Assembly (NCBI GenBank): GCA_964016885.1
Contig: OZ024759.1
Span: 10,354,001-10,418,000 of the forward strand
Direction of reading: 5' to 3'
Length of the DNA: 64,000 bases
Source: Eledone cirrhosa
Taxonomy: Eukaryota
Position numbers and translations under genes: made by a program. Shown one piece after another: positions 26,590-39,299 of this stretch (positions are counted from its first letter, which is position 1; the number at the start of each line of letters is the position of its first letter). The notes beneath the pieces were generated by a model that had not been told where the DNA came from, did not search any database, and saw only the letters and a program-made list of their open reading frames with translations.

Positions 26590-28212
26590 GTGAATACAAG
26601 TGGCTGAAATGGGGTTTCTCTGAAGGGACTTTGGAGTAATGTTATGCGATAGAGTACCTTGTTTGGAGATCAGAGAGTCACTCCAGGTAGAGCTGTTACT
26701 TCTCTGAATTGAGAGATCACAGCCCTGATGCTATGGGCATGAGGTTAGAATGTCTCGGGGAAAGAATCACTGGACAGATTTATAGCTCAGAGATCAGAGA
26801 GTCACACCAGGTAGAGCTGCTACTTCTCTGAATTGAGAGATCACAGCTCTGATACTATGGACATGAGGTTAGAATGTCTTGGGGAAAGAATCACTGGACA
26901 GATTTATAGCTCAGAGATCAGAGAGTCACACCAGGTAGAGCTGCTACTTCTCTGAATTGAGAGATCACAGCCCTGATGCTATGGGCATGAGGTTAGAATG
27001 TCTCGGGGAAAGAATCACTGGACAGATTTATAGCTCAGAGATCAGAGAGTCACACCAGGTAGAGCTGCTACTTCTCTGAATTGAGAGATCACAGCTCTGA
27101 TACTATGGACATGAGGTTAGAATGTCTTGGGGAAAGAATCACTGGACAGATTTATAGCTCAGAGATCAGAGAGTCACACCAGGTAGAGCTGCTACTTCTC
27201 TGAATTGAGAGATCACAGCCCTGATGTTATGGGCATGTGGTTAGAATGTCTCGGGGGAAAGAATCACTGGACAGATTTATAGCTCAGAGATCAGAGAGTC
27301 ACACCAGGTAGAGCTGCTACTTCTCTGAATTGAGAGATCACAGCTCTGATACTATGGACATGAGGTTAGAATGTCTCGGGGAAAGAATCACTGGACAGAT
27401 TTACAGCTCAGAGATCAGAGAGTCACACCAGGTAGAGCTGCTACTTCTCTGAATTGAGAGATCACAGCTCTGATACTATGGACATGAGGTTAGAATGTCT
27501 TGGGGAAAGAATCACTGGACAGATTTATAGCTCAGAGATCAGAGAGTCACACCAGGTAGAGCTGCTACTTCTCTGAATTGAGAGATCACAGCCCTGATGC
27601 TATGGGCATGTGGTTAGAATGTCTCGGGGGAAAGAATCACTGGACAGATTTATAGCTCAGAGATCAGAGAGTCACACCAGGTAGAGCTGCTACTTCTCTG
27701 AATTGAGAGATCACAGCTCTGATACTATGGACATGAGGTTAGAATGTCTCGGGGAAAGAATCACTGGACAGATTTACAGCTCAGAGATCACTTCAGATAG
27801 AGCAACGACTTCTCCAAATTAAGAGATCACAGCCCTGATGCTATGGGCATGAGGTTAGAATGTCTCAGGAAAGAATCACTGGGCAGATTTATAGCTCAGA
27901 GATCACTCCAGATACAGCCACTACTTCTCTGAATTGAGAGATCGCAGACCTGATGCTATGGGCATGTGGTTAGAATGTCTCAGGAAGGAACTGCTGGACA
28001 GATTTTACAGGCAAAAAGCAATGGGTAGGAGACCCAGGGGTAGACCCCGAGGAAGATGGTTGGATAAGATCCATGAACTTGGTTGGTCTTGCTTGGGAAT
28101 CCAGCCAGATCAGTTGGAGACGGTTGCTTCTGACAAGACCCTCTGAAGGGAGTGTTTGAGGACTCTGCCTCCTATGACCCTCTCAGGAATAAATGGGAGG
28201 AGAAGAAGAAAA
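26590..28212 (+). repeat. RTE 3' fragment with about 10-11 tandem 124-bp units and (GAA)n tail
   Basis: AAAGAATCACTGG at 26761, 26885 and onward; unique flank encodes RQKAMGRRPRGRPRGRWLDKI. Confidence 0.9.
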
Positions 28213-28329
28213 GATTACTCATTCTGTCAGTGTTGTACATGGTAGTTGGGGTGACAATGTCAGCCATGTGTGAGAGAGAGACCCTCAACTGTCATCAAGC
28301 AGTTGCACACACATTTTTTCCATTTCAGG

Positions 28330-30260
28330 TACAGAATACTACTATGAAAGGATGAGCTAATCAGCAAGGCCAGGTAAAACATCTCAGTGCTGCCACTCTG
28401 AGAAGTAGATTTGGAGAAATTGTGGAGTTACTTGAGAGGAGATGAGTGGATGTATGTTGTACTAAAGAGATTGGATGGATGGGGGTGGGAGGTCTCAGCA
28501 AGACTACTCACTAGTAAACAACACAGATATAAGCTTCTCTGGATAGCAAGTGAGGATCAGATGGGTGGGATAGGCATTCTACTAGTTGAGTAGTGGATAG
28601 ATAAGGTAATCAAAGTAGTTAAAGTAATAGAATTATGAAGCTCAGAATAGTGATAGGCAGTAGATTGACAATTATCATATGCACCACAGTCAGGTCTAAG
28701 TAAAGAACAAAAGGACCATTTCTATGGGGATCTCCTACAGACAATTGTAGTTAGAGAAGACAGAGACCACATCATCTTAGCCGACTGCTCCAATGAACAA
28801 AGCAGCACAAGGTTGGTTACACTTGAGTACATGGTGGCTATGGTTATGGTTTGAGAAATAAAAAGGGAGCAAGGCTTCTGGAATTCTATGATATAAATAG
28901 ATTATTTGCTATACTAACATGTGGAAACTGGCTGGCTACATGATCACGTACTAATTAGGTAAACACATAAGCCAGATTTATTTTTACTTTTTAGAAAATG
29001 GGATAGCCTAATGGTTAGGATTACCAAGTCCTTCCCTGGAGAAGGATGCACCAACAACATAACTTAGTTATTAGTGACATAAGCACAAGACAGAACAAGA
29101 AATGCAGGAAAATTTGAAGGAGGAGAATATGGAAGCTAAAAGACCTCTCTGTTTAGAATATAGGTTCAGAAAATGCCTACTTGATGCATGTGACAAGAGG
29201 GAGTAGGTGTTAGGTACAACATAGAAGGCAAATGGACATTTCTATAAGACAACCTGCGACAGAATTTCTTAGGAAAGAATTGCTGGACATTTTACGGGCG
29301 AAACAAACAGGCAGGAGACCCGGGAGAAGACCCCAAGCAATATGGTTGGATAGCATCCATGAGCTTGGCTGACCAAACATGGGGATCCAGTTGGTTCAGT
29401 TGGAGATGGTTGCTTCAGACAGGACCTGCTGGAGGGAGTGTTTGAGGACTCTGGCCCCACGACGCTCCCAAGAATAAGTGGGTAAAGAAGAAGAACCTGC
29501 GACAGGTTACTGATGAGACTTGTGGCTAGAGCAAAGCATCAGCCAAATAGAGGAGAACCTGGTGGTGGAATAAGACAAAGGTTAGAATTATTAAAGCCAA
29601 GAGACAGGTGTGGAAAGACTTAAAAACAGGGGGCAGGCATGAAAGATTGTTATCAGGTAACTAAAAGAAAAGCTAGGCAACAGGTGTACTTAGCACAGAA
29701 AGAAGCTCAAAGTAGGTATTTTGCCCAATGTCTTGCGATGTGAGGATCAAAGTTGAGAGGTGTTCTGCATTACAAAGCAGTGTGCCGGAGAAAACCAAGA
29801 TGTCTGGGAGGAAAGTGTGTCTGAAATAACACTGATGCATTTAACATCAGTGTCACTGGAAGTGCTATTATGGGAGGTTGAAGTGAGAATGATTCAATGG
29901 ATGTGCAGTGTTAATATACATAGACAACAAAGCATAGATGAAAGAGAAAAGTTTGGTATAGGAGTAATGAGATGTATTGGTGCAGGAGAGATGACTGCAC
30001 TGGTATGGACATGTGATGTGTATGGAGGATGATTGTTGAGTGAAGAATTGGCAAGAAATTCTCATAGGAAAGAACCTCATTAGACAATGACGAAGGAAAA
30101 TCTGGCCAGAGGTAGTGAGAGGTGACCTCAAATCACTGAAGCTCCCATAGATGGGATGATGAAGGACCACAATGAGTGGAAGGAGTCTGTTCTGGAAAAG
30201 ACCCATCCAACCCATGCAAGCATGGATAAATAGCTGTAAAACACCTTTGATGATGATGAT
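28330..30260 (+). mobile_element. Heavily decayed, internally deleted RTE LINE (APE region, linker, 3' end)
   Basis: GGIGILLVE, HGGYGYGLRN and WWWNK-like motifs; linker resembles ORF 785..1192; ends CCCATGCAAGCATGG...(GAT)n. Confidence 0.7.
29263..29493 (+). mobile_element. 5'-truncated RTE insertion nested in the older RTE, 12-bp TSD
   Basis: AACCTGCGACAG at 29251-29262 and 29494-29505; (GAA)n tail. Confidence 0.85.
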
Positions 30261-30354
30261 ATATTGCTCATCTATTGTATTGCAAGTTCTTCTTCAGGCT
30301 TGTTGCCTGAGTTTTGGTATTATACTCCCCCCCCCCCCCCGACCCCTGAACTTA

Positions 30355-30664
30355 CCATATATGCTGGCGTACAAGTCGACATTTGGAGCCTAACAATATC
30401 TCTCCAAAACCAGGGGTTGACTTGTCCGCTGAATAAAAAATGTGAACAGGTTACTCTGCGAGTTAGAACTCACTCGTGGCTGAAGTGTTTTAGAAGTGTC
30501 TTAGTCTTTAGCACGCCATTAAATTTTTTTTATTATTTCCCCTGCAACGGCCTTATTTTTGGGGGTTGTCTTAGCCGGCATTTATAGGCTTAAACCTGAA
30601 TTACACCTCAGAATTTTAGGGGTCAACCTATGTGCTGGATCAACTTGTACACCGGCATATACGG
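30355..30664. mobile_element. Tc1/mariner-superfamily (Tc2/pogo-like) MITE
   Basis: TA|CCATATATGCTGGCGTACAAGT ... ACTTGTACACCGGCATATACGG|TA. Confidence 0.75.
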
Positions 30665-31312
30665 TAATATTTCTGCTTGATGAGAGATTTCCTCTGCCCT
30701 AGTTATATTACTACTCATATATACACCCCTATTTCCCCCCCCCCCCATACTAGCTGGTCTGAATGTAAATTTTGGAATCTGAGAAGCTTGGTGACAATGT
30801 ATGTATGAATGGTCCCGTAGCGACTGATATCGTAGGGGCGCTGTATTGACATACAAGTGTTTCTTGAGCATTTTTAAGCCTAGCGGCGCCTGTCCCTCTC
30901 CAGGGTCCTGAGTACAGCAGTTTTCTTCCAGAGAGAGATAGAAAGTGAGAAAGAGATATAGAGGAAGAATCAGCCCCAGTACTACACTGGTACTTTTTTT
31001 ATCGACCTCGAAAGAATGAAAAGCGAAGTTGACCTTGGCGGGATTTGAACTGAGAGAGCCAGAACAGATACCATAAAGGATTCTATCTGATGTTGTAACG
31101 ACTCTAACAATGTACCCCTTCTTGGTGACAATAGAGGTTGTAAATTCAGGAGTGTTTGTTGGGTGTTGATCTTGGATAGATACAGGGTTAGGGTGGGGAG
31201 TAGTGACGATGGAAGCTTCTGTGTTTTTGTTGTTCCCTAAGTTTGTTGTCACTTTGAACAGTTTGTAATTTTGTTTTCTCTGTTTTCTTATATTTCAGTA
31301 CATTGTGACCAC

Positions 31313-32615
31313 ATGAGGAAAATGAACAAGTTAGAGAAATGGGCTTGTGACTACTGTACATATGAAAATTTTCCTGCTGCTAAAAAGTGCACTTTATGCT
31401 GTGCATCTCGAACGCCGCAGCTAATTACAGATGATGCATTAAATAATGAGCAGGATATATACAAGATGGCCTCAATGATGAATTCTGCATCAAGCAACAG
31501 TAGTTCTTCGAATTTAATCCCGACAAGCCCAACACAAAATGACATGACTTGTAAGAAAAGTCCTTCCATCGTTGCTCCTTGGACTGAGAAGTGGGCATGC
31601 CATCTTTGCACCTACCTAAATTGGCCCCGCGCAGTAAAATGCACACAGTGTTTGATGCTACGGAAGCAGTCACCAAACACCACGTATATCAGTAAGACTA
31701 ACCCATCTAAAGGACATGGTCAGGTCCTGTCTATAAACATGGAATCACCATGTGGCAACAACATGGCTAAGCGTAACTCACCAAATTCTCCTGACACTGC
31801 CAAAGATTTTTACAATGACAAAAATCGGTCAGTGTCTTCTGCCCTTACACGTTCCCTTAGTAAATGGACCTGTAAATCTTGTACATTTGATAACTGGCCC
31901 AAATCTCTCAAGTGTGTTATCTGTGGAGCTAGCAAGGCCACACCAGAGGGGGGCTCATCGTCTAATCTGAACATTTCTTCGTCTGTAGAGATTTCAGATT
32001 CAACACAAACAAAAGCAAACTATTCGTCCATTTATATACATAAAAGTGACTCTCATGAGCAACTACAGCAGCAACAACAGCAACAACAACAAGTACAGCA
32101 ACAAGCACAACCACCACAATCACAACAACTACAGCAGCAGGTGGGAGCAACTGCAGCATTACCATTTGCTTCCAATGAACCTGAAAAATGGACTGAAGAA
32201 AGACGTCTGCGTCTTTTCCGAACACGTTTACGGGATAAAGATTGGTCTTGGCTAAACACATGTATAGGCGTTGTTGATGGGGACTCGGACACTGTTGAAG
32301 CATATTTAGCTTCTGGTGGTAACCCTGCTCGGCAGTTAAGTCAAGATGAAGTCACATTTTTGAACAGACCCAGTGCATTTGAGGTAGGCTACACCTTAGT
32401 GCATTTAGCCATTCGGTTCCAACGTGAGGATATGCTTGCAGTCTTACTAACAGCTACCGATATGGCATCAAAAGTGGTGAAACGTCTTCCATCCCACTCA
32501 AGCCCCGATTTAGCAGCAGATATTCGCAGAGAAATCTCAACATATCTAAGACAACGGAAAGGAGATTTCCAATGTTATTTTTTCACTGAGTACGCAACTT
32601 TTGCCTTGCCTAGTG
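31313..32615 (+). CDS. ZRANB1: ZRANB1/TRABID deubiquitinase, ATG-containing coding exon (3 NZF fingers, polyQ, AnkUBD); exon 31299-32615
   Basis: Three W-x-C-x2-C-T-[YF]-x-N...C-x2-C motifs and SAFEVGYTLVHLAIRFQREDML...RQRKGDF.CYF matching TRABID. Acceptor tttcag at 31298, ATG 31313 (or 31322), donor G|GTAAGT at 32615/32616. Confidence 0.95.
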
Positions 32616-32869
32616 GTAAGTAGTCCTCAAATTTATTCTCTATTGTTTCTATTATTGATCTTTCATTGATATTTTTACCCTCCCCTCCCCCATTCTTCTG
32701 TGACACTAAAACCCTTACCTTTCCCTTCCTTTTCTGACCACAAAAGACATTTGAATATTCAATGTAACTCTATGTTGTGTATTGAGTACTGTTTTTATTT
32801 GATTTCTGTTCTGAAATTGAAATGTCTGTTTTCAGTGTAGGGGTAGTATTGGATCATTTTGAATATTTA

Positions 32870-33940
32870 TGAAATCCTTAACTACCTCTGTACTAATGAG
32901 TTGAGTTAATTAACAAGATTACATATTTACCTGTATCTTCATGTTGAGTTAACAAAGTTACATTTTACCTGTATTTTCAAGTTAACAAAGTTACATTTTA
33001 CCTGTATCTTCATTGTTGAGTTAATTAACAAAGTTACGTTTTTACCTGTCTTCATGTTGAGTTAACAAAATTACATTTTACCTGTATCTTCATGTTGAGT
33101 TAATTAACAAAGTTAGGTTTTTACCTGTCTTCATGTTGAGTTAATTAAGTTACGTTTTTACCTGTGTCTTCATGTTGAGTTAATTAACAGTTACGTTTTT
33201 ACCTGTCTTCATGTTGAGTTAATTAACCAAGCTAAAATCTTTAACTACCTGTGTGTAGTCAGGTGTTAAATACAAAAGGAAATGTTTACCTGTGTAGTGA
33301 GGTGTTGAGTTAATTAACAAAGGGAAATGTTTACCTGTGTAGTCAGGTGTTGAGTTAATTACAAAGAAATGTTTAACTACCTGAGTACTTGTATTGAGCT
33401 AATTATCAACCTTTGTGTCAGTGTGTTGAGTTAATTATCAAGGTAAAATACCATGTGTTAATTAACAAGTTTAATTATGTTGAGTTTAATTATGAAGGTA
33501 AAATCTTTACCTTTGTTGTCATGTGTTAATTAACAAATATTTTTGCCTGTGTATTCAAGTGTTGAGTTGATTACCAAGGTAAAATCTTTACCTTTGTTGT
33601 CAGGTGTTAATTAACACTGTGTTATCAGGAATTGAGTTGATTACCAAGGTAAAATCTTTACCATGGTTGTCAGGTGTTAACACTGTGTCAGCAGGAATTG
33701 AGTTAATTACCAGGGTAAAATCTTTACCTTTGTTGTCAGGTGTTAATTTACACTGTCAGCAGGAATTGAGTTAATTACCAAGGTAAAATCTTTTACTTCT
33801 GTATCATATGTTGAGGTAATTACTGAAGATAGAAATTTATTCACCTGTATTGAACTAATTACCAAGGTAAAATCTTTAACTACTTGTGTGTAGTCAGATG
33901 TTGAGTTAATTACCAAAGTAATGTCTTTACCTGTGTTGAG
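32870..33940. repeat. Degenerate precursor-like units of the 45-bp minisatellite
   Basis: Variable-length units sharing TTTACCTGT...TGTTGAGTTAATTA. Confidence 0.8.
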
Positions 33941-36900
33941 TTAATTACCAATGTACTAACTTTACCTGTGTCATCAGGTGTTGAGTTAATTACCAAAGTA
34001 CCATCTTTACCGGTGTTGTCAGGTGTTGAGCTAATTACGAAAGTACCATCTTTACCTGTGTTGTCAGATGTTGAGTTAATTACGAAAGTACCATCTTTAC
34101 CTGTGTTGTCAGGTGTTGAGCTAATTACCAAAGTACCATCTTTACCTGTGTTGTCAGGTGTTGAGCTAATTACCAAAGTACCATCTTTACCTGTGTTGTC
34201 AGGTGTTGAGTTAATTACGAAAGTACCATCTTTACCTGTGTTGTCAGGTGTTGAGCTAATTACCAAAGTACCATCTTTACCTGTGTTGTCAAGTGTTGAG
34301 CTAATTACGAAAGTACCATCTTTACCTGTGTTGTCAGGTGTTGAGCTAATTACCAAAGTACCATCTTTACCTGTGTTGTCAAGTGTTGAGCTAATTACGA
34401 AAGTACCATCTTTACCTGTGTTGTCAGGTGTTGAGCTAATTACCAAAGTACCATCTTTACCTGTGTTGTCAAGTGTTGAGTTAATTACCAAAGTACCATC
34501 TTTACCTGTGTTGTCAGGTGTTGAGCTAATTACCAAAGTACCATCTTTACCTGTGTTGTCAGGTGTTGAGCTAATTACCAAAGTACCATCTTTACCTGTG
34601 TTGTCAGGTGTTGAGCTAATTACCAAAGTACCATCTTTACCTGTGTTGTCAGGTGTTGGGTTAATTACCAAAGTACCATCTTTACCTGTGTTGTCAGGTG
34701 TTGAGTTAATTACGAAAGTACCATCTTTACCTGTGTTGTCAGGTGTTGAGCTAATTACCAAAGTACCATCTTTACCTGTGTTGTCAGGTGTTGAGCTAAT
34801 GACAAAAGTACCATCTTTACCTGTGTTGTCAGGTGTTGAGCTAATTACCAAAGTACCATCTTTACCTGTGTTGTCAGGTGTTGAGCTAATTACCAAAGTA
34901 CCATCTTTACCTGTGTTGCCAGGTGTTGAGCTAATTACCAAAGTACCATCTTTACCTGTGTTGTCAGGTGTTGGGCTAATTACCAAAGTACCATCTTTAC
35001 CTGTGTTGCCAGGTGTTGAGCTAATTACCAAAGTACCATCTTTACCTGTGTTGTCAGGTGTTGAGCTAATTACCAAAGTACCATCTTTACCTGTGTTGTC
35101 AGGTGTTGAGCTAATTACCAAAGTACCATCTTTACCTGTGTTGTCAGGTGTTGAGTTAATTACGAAAGTACCATCTTTACCTGTGTTGTCAGGTGTTGAG
35201 CTAATTACGAAAGTACCATCTTTACCTGTGTTGTCAAGTGTTGAGCTAATTACGAAAGTACCATCTTTACCTGTGTTGTCAGGTGTTGAGCTAATTACCA
35301 AAGTACCATCTTTACCTGTGTTGTCAAGTGTTGAGCTAATTACGAAAGTACCATCTTTACCTGTGTTGTCAGGTGTTGAGCTAATTACCAAAGTACCATC
35401 TTTACCTGTGTTGTCAAGTGTTGAGTTAATTACCAAAGTACCATCTTTACCTGTGTTGTCAGGTGTTGAGCTAATTACCAAAGTACCATCTTTACCTGTG
35501 TTGTCAGGTGTTGAGCTAATTACCAAAGTACCATCTTTACCTGTGTTGTCAGGTGTTGAGCTAATTACCAAAGTACCATCTTTACCTGTGTTGTCAGGTG
35601 TTGGGTTAATTACCAAAGTACCATCTTTACCTGTGTTGTCAGGTGTTGAGTTAATTACGAAAGTACCATCTTTACCTGTGTTGTCAGGTGTTGAGCTAAT
35701 TACCAAAGTACCATCTTTACCTGTGTTGTCAGGTGTTGAGCTAATTACAAAAGTACCATCTTTACCTGTGTTGTCAGGTGTTGAGCTAATTACCAAAGTA
35801 CCATCTTTACCTGTGTTGTCAGGTGTTGAGCTAATTACCAAAGTACCATCTTTACCTGTGTTGTCAAGTGTTGAGCTAATTACCAAAGTACCATCTTTAC
35901 CTGTGTTGTCAAGTGTTGAGCTAATTACCAAAGTACCATCTTTACCTGTGTTGTCAGGTGTTGAGCTAATTACCAAAGTACCATCTTTACCTGTGTTGTC
36001 AAGTGTTGAGCTAATTACCAAAGTACCATCTTTACCTGTGTTGCCAGGTGTTGAGCTAATTACCAAAGTACCATCTTTACCTGTGTTGTCAGGTGTTGAG
36101 CTAATTACCAAAGTACCATCTTTACCTGTGTTGTCAAGTGTTGAGCTAATTACTAAAGTACCATCTTTACCTGTGTTGTCAGGTGTTGAGTTAATTACCA
36201 AAGTACCATCTTTACCTGTGTTGTCAGGTGTTGAGCTAATTACAAAAGTACCATCTTTACCTGTGTTGCCAGGTGTTGAGTTAATTACCAAAGTACCATC
36301 TTTACCTGTGTTGTCAGGTGTTGAGCTAATTACCAAAGTACCATCTTTACCTGTGTTGTCAAGTGTTGAGCTAATTACCAAAGTACCATCTTTACCTGTG
36401 TTGCCAGGTGTTGAGCTAATTACCAAAGTACCATCTTTACCTGTGTTGCCAGGTGTTGAGCTAATTACAAAAGTACCATCTTTACCTGTGTTGTCAGGTG
36501 TTGAGCTAATTACCAAAGTACCATCTTTACCTGTGTTGTCAGGTGTTGAGCTAATTACCAAAGTACCATCTTTACCTGTGTTGCCAGGTGTTGAGCTAAT
36601 TACCAAAGTACCATCTTTACCTGTGTTGTCAGGTGTTGAGTTAATTACCAAAGTACCATCTTTACCTGTGTTGCCAGGTGTTGAGCTAATTACCAAAGTA
36701 CCATCTTTACCTGTGTTGCCAGGTGTTGAGCTAATTACGAAAGTACCATCTTTACCTGTGTTGTCAGGTGTTGAGCTAATTACAAAAGTACCATCTTTAC
36801 CTGTGTTGTCAGGTGTTGAGCTAATTACCAAAGTACCATCTTTACCTGTGTTGCCAGGTGTTGAGCTAATTACAAAAGTACCATCTTTACCTGTGTTGTC

Positions 36901-38587
36901 AGGTGTTGAGCTAATTACAAAAGTACCATCTTTACCTGTGTTGTCAGGTGTTGAGTTAATTACCAAAGTACCATCTTTACCTGTGTTGTCAGGTGTTGAG
37001 CTAATTACGAAAGTATCATCTTTACCTGTGTTGTCAGGTGTTGAGCTAATTACCAAAGTACCATCTTTACCTGTGTTGCCAGGTGTTGGGCTAATTACCA
37101 AAGTACCATCTTTACCTGTGTTGTCAAGTGTTGAGCTAATTACCAAAGTACCATCTTTACCTGTGTTGCCAGGTGTTGGGCTAATTACAAAAGTACCATC
37201 TTTACCTGTGTTGCCAGGTGTTGAGCTAATTACGAAAGTACCATCTTTACCTGTGTTGTCAGGTGTTGAGCTAATTACCAAAGTACCAGCTTTACCTGTG
37301 TTGCCAGGTGTTGGGCTAATTACCAAAGTACCAGCTTTACCTGTGTTGCCAGGTGTTGGGCTAATTACCAAAGTACCATCTTTACCTGTGTTGTCAGGTG
37401 TTGGGCTAATTACCAAAGTACCATCTTTACCTGTGTTGCCAGGTGTTGAGCTAATTACCAAAGTACCATCTTTACCTGTGTTGTCAGGTGTTGAGCTAAT
37501 TACCAAAGTACCATCTTTACCTGTGTTGTCAGGTGTTGAGCTAATTACCAAAGTACCATCTTTACCTGTGTTGTCAGGTGTTGAGCTAATTACCAAAGTA
37601 CCATCTTTACCTGTGTTGTCAGGTGTTGAGCTAATTACCAAAGTACCATCTTTACCTGTGTTGTCAGGTGTTGAGCTAATTACCAAAGTACCATCTTTAC
37701 CTGTGTTGTCAGGTGTTGAGCTAATTACCAAAGTACCATCTTTACCTGTGTTGTCAGGTGTTGAGCTAATTACCAAAGTACCATCTTTACCTGTGTTGTC
37801 AGGTGTTGAGCTAATTACGAAAGTACCATCTTTACCTGTGTTGTCAGGTGTTGAGCTAATTACCAAAGTACCATCTTTACCTGTGTTGTCAAGTGTTGAG
37901 CTAATTACCAAAGTACCATCTTTACCTGTGTTGTCAGGTGTTGAGCTAATTACCAAAGTACCATCTTTACCTGTGTTGTCAGGTGTTGAGCTAATTACCA
38001 AAGTACCATCTTTACCTGTGTTGCCAGGTGTTGAGCTAATTACCAAAGTACCATCTTTACCTGTGTTGTCAGGTGTTGAGCTAATTACCAAAGTACCATC
38101 TTTACCTGTGTTGTCAGGTGTTGAGCTAATTACCAAAGTACCATCTTTACCTGTGTTGTCAGGTGTTGAGCTAATTACCAAAGTACCATCTTTACCTGTG
38201 TTGTCAGGTGTTGAGCTAATTACCAAAGTACCATCTTTACCTGTGTTGTCAGGTGTTGAGCTAATTACCAAAGTACCATCTTTACCTGTGTTGTCAGGTG
38301 TTGAGTTAATTATGAAAGTACCATCTTTACCTGTGTTGTCAGGTGTTGAGCTAATTACCAAAGTACCATCTTTACCTGTGTTGTCAAGTGTTGAGCTAAT
38401 TACCAAAGTACCATCTTTACCTGTGTTGTCAGGTGTTGAGCTAATTACCAAAGTACCATCTTTACCTGTGTTGTCAGGTGTTGAGCTAATTACCAAAGTA
38501 CCATCTTTACCTGTGTTGCCAGGTGTTGAGCTAATTACCAAAGTACCATCTTTACCTGTGTTGTCAGGTGTTGAGTTAATTACCAAA
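33940..38587. repeat. 45-bp minisatellite GTGTTGAGCTAATTACCAAAGTACCATCTTTACCTGTGTTGTCAG, about 103 copies
   Basis: Seen directly; 15-aa periodic ORFs on both strands. Confidence 0.97.
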
Positions 38588-38879
38588 GGCAGTAATTTGG
38601 TCTGATAAGAAACGCTAGTGACTAAAGAGTTATTTTCCAGTAACACCTGGAAATCTTGTGTTTTATTCCAGTATTTGTTAGAATATTTAATATTCTCTGA
38701 CTTAGACACCAGGCCAATAATTTCAGAGGGGAAGAAAAGTCAATTAAACCAACGCCAGTATATTACTGGCCCTTTACATCATCAACCTGGATGGGATTTG
38801 AACTCAGAACATATGTCACAAACCATAATGTCCGATGCTCTACCAATTAATGCTAATTTTTCCCCCTCAAAATAATTGT

Positions 38880-39065
38880 TTCTACTTTTGGCACAAAGCC
38901 AGCAATTATCCCAGTGAATTACTGGTACTTTATTTTATCGACCCCGTAAGGATGAAAGGCAAAGTTAACCTCGACGGGATTTGAACTCTGATCATAAAGG
39001 GAAGTAACTCTATGCTTCAAAGCATGGCGTCCGACCCCCTACCGATACTGCCAATCCACCGCCCT
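38880..39065 (-). mobile_element. SINE family A copy (others at about 17665-17900 +, 39075-39200 -, 40365-40575 -)
   Basis: Same body and tRNA-like head as 5693-5860. Confidence 0.75.
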
Positions 39066-39299
39066 CTATATAATGATTTCTTATATAGGCACAAGGCCAG
39101 CAATTTCAGGGGAGGGGAAAGTTGATTAAATCAACCCCAGTGCATTACTGGTACTTTATTTTATTGACCTCTGTAAGGATGAAAGGCAGAGCTAACCTTT
39201 CTGAGGAAAATTCAGTGAATACCAGGGCTGTGAATGTTGGGGTACACTATATACATATATAGGTATTTCTAGCTAACTCTTTAATGTCTATTGCATTAA

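Noticed and set aside
30623-31252. 209-aa minus-strand ORF upstream of the ZRANB1 exon
   Set aside because: Non-ATG start, overlaps SINE and MITE fragments, no recognisable domain.
31271-31312. ORF-track N-terminal extension of ZRANB1 from TTG
   Set aside because: Begins in the polypyrimidine tract and splice acceptor; the C-terminal GK-stop likewise reads into the intron.
33910-38709. 1599-aa and 1545-aa ORFs resembling adhesin or ice-nucleation repeats; some variants are synonymous in the + frame
   Set aside because: A 45-bp unit without stops is open on both strands by construction. There are no unique domains, and the ACA/ATG variants fit CpG decay of ACG.
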